This document shows, piece after piece, positions 20,332-28,266 of a stretch of DNA of 64,000 nucleotides; the first letter of the stretch is position 1, and each line of letters starts with the position of its first letter. The stretch spans positions 875-64,874 of the forward strand of contig DATJFF010000080.1 in assembly GCA_035495795.1 (NCBI GenBank). The letters are read 5' to 3'. The stretch is from Vicinamibacterales bacterium (GTDB lineage Bacteria; Acidobacteriota; Vicinamibacteria; Vicinamibacterales; UBA2999). The position numbers were made by a program, and so were the translations under genes. The notes beneath the pieces are model-generated. The model was not told the origin of the DNA. It ran no database searches and saw only the letters and a program-made list of their open reading frames with translations.

Positions 20332-20380
20332 GCCTTCTGCCTTCTGCCTTTTGCCTTCTGCCTTTTGCCTTCTGCCTTCC
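20332..20380 (-). repeat. CTGCCTT/CCTTYTG heptamer array (reverse complement of AAGGCAR), about 7 units
   Basis: gccttctgccttctgccttttgccttctgccttttgccttctgccttcc fills most of the 66-nt gap between the convergent sigma and CotH genes. Confidence 0.9.
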
Positions 20381-20382
20381 CC

Positions 20383-21645
20383 TCAGGGACACCCTGCCGG
20401 TTCCGGCTGGCCCACCGCCGCTGGAATCGCACACCTGATGTACGCCGCCCGCTCAGGGCCGTAGGCTACGACGTGGGCGAAGGCCGCGTCCACTTCCTCA
20501 TTCGTGAACGGCTTGACCGTATCCTGGTGCATTGCATCTGAGATGAGCTCCGTTTCGCGGCGTGCCTCCCGCTCGAACCAGCCCAGGCCATCGTCGCCGA
20601 CTTCGTTCGCGGAATCGGAGGCCTGCCGCAGCGTGTCGTAGTAGAGCAGCTGGAATCGCGGCACCTGCATCAGGCTGCGCATCAGCACGTTGTCCTCGAG
20701 CCGTTCGGCCACCGGGAAGTCCGACTGCAGCAGAGCGTTGTCTTCGTCCCACGGGATCAGGATGTGACGGTCCGTGCCGCCGACTCGATAGAAATAGAAA
20801 TTGTTCGTCCCGTCGTAACCGAGCACGCCGTCGTTCTCGGCGAGGAAGTTCTGGATCGCGGCAAAGCGGACGAACTGCTCGAGGTCGAGCCGGCTGCCGA
20901 CCGCTTCTTCGAGGCGCTCCGGCGGCGTGTCGTTGATCAGCCGGATCAGCTCTTCGATCGGCCGCCACGTTGCCTCCTGCGCGTCGGTGTCGTGCGTGAT
21001 CGGCTGAAAGCGGTCGATGTAAGGCTCGAGCGCCGAGCCGAGATAGTCGAACTCCCACCGATCCACCCACTGGAAATCGAACAGGTATCCCTGATCGGCA
21101 ATGCCGTCGTCGCCGGGACCGAACACCCTCGTCAGCATCTTCTGATCCACCGCTTCGACGATGGCGTAGACACCGGCGTAGTCGCCGTTGACGAACAGCC
21201 GCGTGTGCGCCTCACGCGGCGCCGCGATGCCAAGCCGATTGTGTGTCTGCATCGCCAGCGTTTCGCGCACGCCCGATGGGTCCTGGTACAGGTTGTCGAG
21301 CACGAACGAGTGCAGGTAGGGGAACTGCGGGCCGGAATGATAGTGCTCCAGGTCCACCCGCAATCCCGGCTTGGTTCCGTTGCGCGTGCCGCCGCCGCGC
21401 GAATGGACCGCCGCGTCGTAGATGACCACGCCGTCCCATTCGAGCCGGGCCGGGTACTTCGTGTCGTCCTCGTAGTGGACCTTCAGATCCTCCCAGTCCG
21501 AGGAGTGAATCCAGATGTCCATGCGGTGCAGGGTTGCCGGATTGAAGAAATCGTCGGTCGTTTGCGCGCGTGACGCCGTTGACACGAGCGCGACGAGCAG
21601 CGTGGCGAGCGCCGGCACCCACGCGGAACGGAAGAGCGGGGACAT
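20383..21645 (-). CDS. CotH-family (atypical kinase fold) exported protein
   Basis: Signal peptide MSPLFRSAWVPALATLLVALVSTASRAQ; FFNPATLHRMDIWIHSSDWEDL, AVHSRGGGTRNGTKPGLRVDL and DNLYQDPSGVRE match the CotH pattern. Confidence 0.75.
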   Translation of the reverse strand: MSPLFRSAWVPALATLLVALVSTASRAQTTDDFFNPATLHRMDIWIHSSDWEDLKVHYEDDTKYPARLEWDGVVIYDAAVHSRGGGTRNGTKPGLRVDLEHYHSGPQFPYLHSFVLDNLYQDPSGVRETLAMQTHNRLGIAAPREAHTRLFVNGDYAGVYAIVEAVDQKMLTRVFGPGDDGIADQGYLFDFQWVDRWEFDYLGSALEPYIDRFQPITHDTDAQEATWRPIEELIRLINDTPPERLEEAVGSRLDLEQFVRFAAIQNFLAENDGVLGYDGTNNFYFYRVGGTDRHILIPWDEDNALLQSDFPVAERLEDNVLMRSLMQVPRFQLLYYDTLRQASDSANEVGDDGLGWFEREARRETELISDAMHQDTVKPFTNEEVDAAFAHVVAYGPERAAYIRCAIPAAVGQPEPAGCP

Positions 21646-21652
21646 GGGGCTC

Positions 21653-22966
21653 CTACAGGGCAAGCTGAATTCGGAACAGGCCGGTCCAGTAGCCTTGAGC
21701 AGGGGGCACTGGAGTGCGGGCCGGATCGTCGATGTGTTCGTGGACCGCGTTGCCGAGCAGCCGGACCCAGCGGTTCAAGTACCAGTTCGCGCCGACCGTC
21801 CACACGCGATCCTGGTTCGGGTAGAGGTTGGTGCCGCGAGGATTCCGCTCGGGATATCCCTCGTCGGTGGCGCTCTCGAACTGGAGCCGCTCGTAGCGGG
21901 CGCCGAACTCCACGGCCCCCCAGCCGCCGCGCCCGAGCGGATGCGCCGGGTGCAGGTTGGCCGCTTCCTTTTTCTCGCCGGTCATCACCCACGTGCCGGC
22001 GACGTACCACGACGTGCTGAGAAGGTCCGGCAGGTCCTCGTCCTGGAATCCCTGGCCCTCGCGTGATTCGTAGGCGCGCATCCATTCGGAAGAGATGCCG
22101 AACGGACCGGGCGTCCAGTGGAGCTCGGTCCCGACCCGCCGGCGGTGGCCCTTGACGTACACCCGCTTGAAAAACGACTGGTCCCCGAATCGAGGGTCGC
22201 TGTGCAGGCTGTTGAGGCCTTCGGGCACGTGGCTCGCCGTCGCGGCCAGACCGACGCGGAACGTGTCGAGCACCGGCTGCTTCGTCCACCGGAGCGGCAG
22301 CACCGTCACCCTGCCGGCCACCGAAGGGCCGCTCAGGTCCGCGTCGGGCACGGTCACCCCAGTCACCAACTTGGGATCGGTGTTGTCGCCGTCGTGCCTG
22401 AACACGCCGGCTTCGTAGCTGAGCGCGCGTTTGTGGAACCGGCCCGACGCCATGACGCCGGTGTCGCGGTTGGGCGTAATCGCGTTCGACCCGAGCGTCC
22501 GGTAGGCGAAATCGATGTCGAAGAGCGGCGTGTTCTGCTCCAGCCCGAACGGCATCTTGAAGCGTCCGGCGCGGACGGTGAGCTGCCGGTACGACTTCCA
22601 CTCGCCGTAGACGTCCCGCCACTTGTGCGTCTTCTGGGTGTCGTACTCGACCTGGAATTCGACGTCGTTGCGATACTCGCCAGCGACACCGAACCGCGCC
22701 GCCGGCACGTCGAAGGTGTTTTCACCGACGTCAGGAGAGAACCCGCGCCAGTCGAGCTGGGTTCGCGCCCGCACGTCGATGCGCGTGTGCTTGCCGATCC
22801 GTATCTGCGGCCGGTTGCGCCATACGACGCCGACGTCCTGCGAGGCGGCATCGGCATCGGTCGAAGAATGGCGCGCGTCGGCGGGATGGCCGGCTAGATC
22901 CTGGGCACGCACCGAAGTCGCGGCTGCCAGTATCACGCAGGCCGCGGCGAGCCGGAACCGAACCAT
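21653..22966 (-). CDS. phosphate-selective porin O/P-like outer-membrane porin
   Basis: Signal peptide MVRFRLAAACVILAAATSVRAQ; FGVAGEYRNDVEFQVEYD...LTVRAGRFKMPFGLEQ typical of the Porin_O_P family; alternating beta-strand pattern. Confidence 0.7.
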   Translation of the reverse strand: MVRFRLAAACVILAAATSVRAQDLAGHPADARHSSTDADAASQDVGVVWRNRPQIRIGKHTRIDVRARTQLDWRGFSPDVGENTFDVPAARFGVAGEYRNDVEFQVEYDTQKTHKWRDVYGEWKSYRQLTVRAGRFKMPFGLEQNTPLFDIDFAYRTLGSNAITPNRDTGVMASGRFHKRALSYEAGVFRHDGDNTDPKLVTGVTVPDADLSGPSVAGRVTVLPLRWTKQPVLDTFRVGLAATASHVPEGLNSLHSDPRFGDQSFFKRVYVKGHRRRVGTELHWTPGPFGISSEWMRAYESREGQGFQDEDLPDLLSTSWYVAGTWVMTGEKKEAANLHPAHPLGRGGWGAVEFGARYERLQFESATDEGYPERNPRGTNLYPNQDRVWTVGANWYLNRWVRLLGNAVHEHIDDPARTPVPPAQGYWTGLFRIQLAL

Positions 22967-23089
22967 AAGAACGATCTAACCCCTAGTTCGCGTCACTGAA
23001 ACATAAATCCGCTCGCTGATCGGACTGGGACCGGCGTGATGCCGGGGGAGTTCGAACAGGTGGCATACGCACCGAAGCGATCTGTGGGG

Positions 23090-24364
23090 CTAACGTCCAG
23101 GGGACCCTGGTAGTGGCTGCACGACGGCGTTGGAGAGCGCGCCACCGAACTCGGTCATCTCTCCCACGCCCCGCCCGGGCGCCGGCAGGAGCCGGACCGC
23201 GAGTGGCTTGTTCCATCTGACCGCCAGGGTCGCAACGTCGCCGACGATTCCGGCAATCGCGGCTTCGCTGGTGTCGCCGGGGAGCGGAACGGTGTCCACG
23301 CCGGCCGCGCAGACCGCCGAATACGCGAGGATCGCATCGAGGCCGTAGGTTCGTTCCGTCCAGCGGCGCGTCAGGACGGTCTCCTCGAGCACGGGAATCA
23401 TCAGGCCCGAGTAGCCGGTGTGGGTCACGGGCACCGCCCTGACCGCCTGGGTGATGATGCCGGCGGCCGTTTCGGTTCCCGGCGCGCCAAATGGCAGACC
23501 GGTGAACGACTCGATGGCAGCACCTATCGACGACGCGCCGCCCGGCGCCGGCGTGGGATCGATGCCGGCGTAGGTCCACTCGGTGCCTGCCACCGCCTTT
23601 TTCACGACGTCTTCGATGGCGCGATCGTGCACGGTCAGCGCCTCCGTCAGCGCCTTGGCGGCCGTTCGCGGATCGCGGTTGCGGCTGAACACGTCCATCA
23701 CGACGTTGGCCGCTTCGAGGCCGACCGCGACGCGACGCGGGCCGCCGCCCGGGTGCCACGCGCCGGGATAGAACGGGCCGTAGGGCTGCATCATGGCGAT
23801 CGCGCCGAAGTTGAAGTTGCCCTGCCCGTGCGGGCTCCGTTCCCCTATCGCCTTGATCGCGCGCGCCGCCTGGCCGACGGCGTTCCACTGAATCCCGCGC
23901 TCGTTGGCGACGATGATGTTGGCGGTCAGCGGGTTGTTGGGCTCCGACAGCACGGCGATCAGCAGATCGACGGGATCGACAGGGTCATCGTCCAAACGCA
24001 TCGCGGTCCCGATGCTCGGCGAGAAGCGGAGGGTCCGCGACAGTTCAGCGATGCCATGCAGCAGCGCCAGCGCGGCGGGACGCTCGAGGCCTCGGGTGTA
24101 CTCCGGAAACGGCTGCGTCGCGATCCGGATCGTCTGGACCTGGTAGCCCGCCGCGGTCACTGCGGACCGCACGTTGCCGAGGAAGGCGGCGGCATCAGCG
24201 ATCTGGGTCCGATACGTCGCAGGATCGATCGTCACGAAGGCGGTGATCGCGCGCACCTTGGGCCGAGGCGTCTCGGCGGCGCGCACAGATAGCGCAATCG
24301 CCGCGGACAGAAGGCCGCACGCAAGGACTGCCGCGACGACGCGCCGCACCAGCGGGTGAGACAA
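23090..24364 (-). CDS. DUF711 (UPF0210)-family protein with N-terminal signal peptide
   Basis: VRAITAFVTID near the N-terminus and AGVDTVPLPGDTSEAAIAGIVGDVATLAVRWNKPLAVRLLP...FGG at the C-terminus match the UPF0210 pattern; hydrophobic leader VVAAVLACGLLSAAIALSVRAAE; start (TTG 24364 or GTG 24349) uncertain. Confidence 0.65.
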   Translation of the reverse strand: MSHPLVRRVVAAVLACGLLSAAIALSVRAAETPRPKVRAITAFVTIDPATYRTQIADAAAFLGNVRSAVTAAGYQVQTIRIATQPFPEYTRGLERPAALALLHGIAELSRTLRFSPSIGTAMRLDDDPVDPVDLLIAVLSEPNNPLTANIIVANERGIQWNAVGQAARAIKAIGERSPHGQGNFNFGAIAMMQPYGPFYPGAWHPGGGPRRVAVGLEAANVVMDVFSRNRDPRTAAKALTEALTVHDRAIEDVVKKAVAGTEWTYAGIDPTPAPGGASSIGAAIESFTGLPFGAPGTETAAGIITQAVRAVPVTHTGYSGLMIPVLEETVLTRRWTERTYGLDAILAYSAVCAAGVDTVPLPGDTSEAAIAGIVGDVATLAVRWNKPLAVRLLPAPGRGVGEMTEFGGALSNAVVQPLPGSPGR

Positions 24365-24374
24365 GGTGTGAGGC

Positions 24375-26198
24375 TCAGTAGCCCATCGCGTAGCCGGTGC
24401 GCCGCGGATCCGCGCCGGCGGTCCGTGCCCCCGTCTTCTGATCGATGCGAATCACCTGCATGTGGCCGAGGCTCCCCCAACCTGGGAGCACCTCCACGGT
24501 GTGGCCCATCGCCTTGAGCGCGGCGATGGTCGCGGCCGGGGCACGGCCCTCGATCTGCACCTTGATCTCGGCGCCCGGCTTGTAGAAATTCGGCGATGCG
24601 TCCAGCACCAGCCGCGGCGCTTCGATCGCCGGCTGCACCGGCATCTCGAAGTCGATCAGGTTGACGAGCACCTGGAACTCGGTCTGGCCGATGGTCTCCC
24701 CGCCGGGAGTGCCGAATACGAAGGCCAGCGCGCCGTCCTTCAGCACCACGACCGGCGAGTTGTTGAGGATCGGGATCTTGCCCGCGCCGACGTAGTTGAC
24801 GTCGGTGGGGTAGGGCGAGGTCGATCCGAGGCGCATGCCGTTGTTGAGCAGCAGACCGGTGTTGCCGACGACCACGTTGTTGCCGAAGAGGCCGCCGAGC
24901 GTCGGCGTGCAGCCGACTGCGTTGCCAAATCGATCGACGATCGAGAACGACGTCGTGTGCAGCTCGCCGTCGTAGCGGTCGTCGAACACGGGACCGTCGC
25001 CGCGCGGCATCGAGGTCGGGCCGCCGTCAGGCGCACCGGCCGGCGGATAGGGGATCGCCTTGCTCGGGTCGAACAGCGCACGGCGCGTCGCCGCGAAGTC
25101 GCGTGAGATCAATCCAGCCGTCGGGACCTTCACGAAGGCCGGATCGGCCACGTAGCGGTAGATGTCAGCTTTGGAGATCTTGATCGACTCGATGATCGCG
25201 TGCAGTGCCGCCGGAGAGCCGGGGCCGGCGGCCTTGAGATCGACTGGCTCGACGAGGTTCGCGGCCATCAGCACTTCGAAGCCGCCGCGCGAGGTCGCCG
25301 GATTGCTGTAGACGTCGTGGCCGCGGTACTTGATGTGCAGCGGCTCCTGCCATTCCGGCTTGTAGGCCGCGAGGTCGGCGGCGGTCAGCACGCCGCCGTT
25401 TTCCTTGAAGAAGCGATCGAACTCCTCCGCGATGTCGCCCTTGTAGAAGCGGTCGTAGGCGGCCTGGATGGCCGCGGCGCGCGTCGCGCCCTTGGCTTTC
25501 GCCTGGGCCTCTGCTTCGACCAGCTTGCGCAGCGTGCTGGCGTAGTCGGGATTCTTCAGCAGATCGCCGGCTTTCAACGGCTCGCCGTTGGGCAGGAAGA
25601 TCTTCGCCGAGGTCGGGTACTTCGAGAGGTTGTTGCGGCCGCGCGCGATCGACTGGGCCAGCATCGCATCAATCGGATAGCCCTTCTCCGCGTACTCGAT
25701 CGCCGGCCCGAACACCTCGGCGAGGCTCATCGTGCCGAAGCGCTGGAGCTGCACGAGATAACCGCCCAGGTTCCCCGGCACGATGCCGGCCTTCATCCCC
25801 GCGTTGAGCGTTTCAGGCGTCATCGCCGATGGGACCAGCGCCTTCGGCGCGGCGCCGGCCATCGACAGCGACATCACCTTCCCGGACTCCTTGTGGAAGA
25901 TGGTCATGAAGCCGTTGCCGCCGATGCCGTTCATCTCCGGCTCGCCGAGCGGCGCCATCGCGCCGACCGCGGCCGCCGCGTCGAAGGCATTGCCGCCTTT
26001 CAGCAGCATCTGCAGCCCTGCCGACGAGGCGATCGGATGGCCGGTCGTGACCAGGCCGTTGAGGCCGGCGACCGCCGGCCGCGTCAGCCCCGGGCGGGCC
26101 GAGGCCGGTGCTTCGGCTGCCTGCTGCTGGCGGGCAATGGCCGCGGTACCGATACTCACGATCGCAATGGAGGCGATGAGCAGGCGGCGAAGGCGCAT
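24375..26198 (-). CDS. ggt: gamma-glutamyltransferase
   Basis: Start trimmed to MRLRRLLIASIAIVSIGTAAIA (GGAG upstream); VTTGHPIASSAGLQMLLKGGNAFDAAAAV and the autoprocessing/catalytic Thr region GELHTTSFSIVDRFGNAV. Confidence 0.9.
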   Translation of the reverse strand: MRLRRLLIASIAIVSIGTAAIARQQQAAEAPASARPGLTRPAVAGLNGLVTTGHPIASSAGLQMLLKGGNAFDAAAAVGAMAPLGEPEMNGIGGNGFMTIFHKESGKVMSLSMAGAAPKALVPSAMTPETLNAGMKAGIVPGNLGGYLVQLQRFGTMSLAEVFGPAIEYAEKGYPIDAMLAQSIARGRNNLSKYPTSAKIFLPNGEPLKAGDLLKNPDYASTLRKLVEAEAQAKAKGATRAAAIQAAYDRFYKGDIAEEFDRFFKENGGVLTAADLAAYKPEWQEPLHIKYRGHDVYSNPATSRGGFEVLMAANLVEPVDLKAAGPGSPAALHAIIESIKISKADIYRYVADPAFVKVPTAGLISRDFAATRRALFDPSKAIPYPPAGAPDGGPTSMPRGDGPVFDDRYDGELHTTSFSIVDRFGNAVGCTPTLGGLFGNNVVVGNTGLLLNNGMRLGSTSPYPTDVNYVGAGKIPILNNSPVVVLKDGALAFVFGTPGGETIGQTEFQVLVNLIDFEMPVQPAIEAPRLVLDASPNFYKPGAEIKVQIEGRAPAATIAALKAMGHTVEVLPGWGSLGHMQVIRIDQKTGARTAGADPRRTGYAMGY

Positions 26199-26287
26199 TG
26201 GAGACTCCCTCTGAGAAAGGCTGGTGGAGTATAGCCCGCCCGCGGCGGCGGGGCGTATCCTCTCGGGTGACGGGAAGGGACACATCA

Positions 26288-26854
26288 ATGGCCGCGCGCA
26301 TTGCTGACCTCGACATTCCACGCGCTGTCGTGCCCGTGTTCCAGCACGCGCTCGACACCTACGCGAGCGAGACGAACAAGACCGCGGACGTGTGGAACCG
26401 GTTCGAGGACCGTCACCTGGGGTATCGCCCGCACGAGCGGTCGACGACGGTAGAGGGGATCTTCCGTCATCAACTGCTGTCGGAACGGCGGTTCTTCGGC
26501 GAGTTCCTCGGGCTGGCGGAGCTACCCGCGGACGAGGTCCTCCCGGCGCCGCCGATAACGGTCGCCTTGGCGACGGCTCGGCTGGTTGAATTGGCGCGGC
26601 ACCGGCTCCCCGGGCTGGCGGTCCAGCCGGAGGCGTGGTGGCTGACCGTCGTTCCCTTCTTCGACGTCGAGCGCCAGCGCGCCTGGATCTTCTGGCGACG
26701 GGTGCTCCACTCCGCGCACCATCGCACGCAGCTGACCGTGTATCTGAGGCTGCTCGACCAGCCGGTCCCGGCGGTGTACGGTCCGAGCGCCGACCAGACC
26801 TGGGCCGGCGCCGATCCGACGACGAGCGTTGAGGCGGCCCGCCGGCGAGGGTAG
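26288..26854 (+). CDS. DinB-family (four-helix bundle, metal-binding) protein
   Basis: Start trimmed to MAARIADLD; FRHQLLSERRFF and RVLHSAHHRTQLTVYLRLL are typical of the DinB superfamily. Confidence 0.65.
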   Translation: MAARIADLDIPRAVVPVFQHALDTYASETNKTADVWNRFEDRHLGYRPHERSTTVEGIFRHQLLSERRFFGEFLGLAELPADEVLPAPPITVALATARLVELARHRLPGLAVQPEAWWLTVVPFFDVERQRAWIFWRRVLHSAHHRTQLTVYLRLLDQPVPAVYGPSADQTWAGADPTTSVEAARRRG

Positions 26855-26856
26855 AA

Positions 26857-26924
26857 GGGGACAGTCCCTTTTCAAAATCGTCAGGGGACTGTCCCCGTTC
26901 CAGATTCGTCAGGGGACTGTCCCC
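26857..26924 (+). repeat. three copies of the palindrome GGGGAC(A/T)GTCCC(C) at 27-28 bp spacing
   Basis: ggggacagtccc (26857), tcgtcaggggactgtcccc (26878-26896) and an identical 19-mer (26906-26924); located between the DinB stop and the aminotransferase start. Confidence 0.85.
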
Positions 26925-26991
26925 TGCCGCGAATTGTCAGCGCGCGGATTCTGCGTACAATCGGCCGTCACCTTACAAAGGGGGGGCTCCA

Positions 26992-28245
26992 ATGATCGTA
27001 GGTCGTCGCGAATTTCTAGCCGGTGCGGGCACGTTGGCGCTGACATCACGATCGCTGTTCGCCGCCGGCGAGCAGGCGGCCGCCACGCGCGCGCCGGGCG
27101 TCTTCCCGGCGTCCGTGCGCGCCGACTTCCCCTCCGTGCTGCGCGAGACCTATCTCAACTCCGCGGCGCTGCACCCCGTTGGCACGTTCACCGCCAAGGG
27201 TATGCAGCGGGTGATCGACTTCCGCGTGCAGGGACCGGGTGAAGGGCGCGCCGATTTCGGCGCCAAGGAGCAGCAGGCGCTCAAGGAGAAATACGGCAGC
27301 CTGATCAACGCCACCGCCGGGGAGATCGCCTACACCGGCAGTACCTCCGACGGCGAGAACATCGTCGTCATGGGACTGGATCTGCCGAAGAAGAAAGGCA
27401 ACGTCGTCATCGACGAGTTGCACTTCACCACCTCGCTCTACATGTACAAGGAGCTCGAGAAGCAGGGCGTCGAGCTCAGGATCGTCAAGCATCGCGACTG
27501 GAAGATCGATCCGAACGACATGGACAAGGCGATCGATCGCAACACCAGGCTCGTGTCGCTGGCGCTCGTCTCGAACGTCAACGGCTTCATGCACGACTGC
27601 AAGGCCGTGAGCGCGCTGGCTCACGCGCGCGGCGCGCTGGTGTTCGCCGACATCATCCAGGCGGTCGGCTCGGTGCCGGTGGACGTCAAGGCGCTCGGCA
27701 TCGACTTCGCGTCGGCTGGCACCTACAAATGGCTGATGGGCGAACGCGGCCTCGGCTTCCTCTACGTCAGGCAGGACCTGCAGGGCACGGCGCTGCCGAC
27801 AACGCGGTACGGGCACCGGCAGGTGACGAACTTCAATCGCGCCGAGTTGACGTGGGAGCCGCTGCCGGGCGCGGCGAAGTACGAGACCGGCGGCATTGCG
27901 ATCATCCTTGCCGCCGCGGTGTCGGCGGGCATCGATTACGTGAACGGCCTCGGCATCGACAAGATCCGGTCGCACGCGCGGACGCTCACCGATCGCCTGC
28001 AGGCGGAGCTGCCGCCGCTCGGATACACGCCGCTCACGCCGCGCGGCACCGAGACGCCGATTGTCGCGTTCGGGCTGAAGGACAACGCGGCGGCGAACAA
28101 GGCACTGCACGACGGCAAGATTGTCGGGACGATCATCGGCAACGAAAACCGCCTGCGGCTGTCGGTGTCGGTATTCAACACGCACGAGGACATCGATCGC
28201 GCGGTCGCCGCACTCGGGGGGCGTTCCAGCTCGTCGGCGCGCTGA
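26992..28245 (+). CDS. class V aminotransferase-fold PLP enzyme with twin-arginine signal
   Basis: MIVGRREFLAGAGTLALTSRSLFAAG is Tat-like; fold-type I pattern with FASAGTYKWLMG (candidate PLP lysine). Confidence 0.75.
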   Translation: MIVGRREFLAGAGTLALTSRSLFAAGEQAAATRAPGVFPASVRADFPSVLRETYLNSAALHPVGTFTAKGMQRVIDFRVQGPGEGRADFGAKEQQALKEKYGSLINATAGEIAYTGSTSDGENIVVMGLDLPKKKGNVVIDELHFTTSLYMYKELEKQGVELRIVKHRDWKIDPNDMDKAIDRNTRLVSLALVSNVNGFMHDCKAVSALAHARGALVFADIIQAVGSVPVDVKALGIDFASAGTYKWLMGERGLGFLYVRQDLQGTALPTTRYGHRQVTNFNRAELTWEPLPGAAKYETGGIAIILAAAVSAGIDYVNGLGIDKIRSHARTLTDRLQAELPPLGYTPLTPRGTETPIVAFGLKDNAAANKALHDGKIVGTIIGNENRLRLSVSVFNTHEDIDRAVAALGGRSSSSAR

Positions 28246-28266
28246 TCCGCACTCGACTGGATCACG

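Noticed and set aside
22967-23040. Pho box upstream of the phosphate-type porin
   Set aside because: An AT-rich patch is present, but I could not align two direct 7-bp repeats with 4-bp spacing of the PhoB type, and the consensus for this phylum is unknown.
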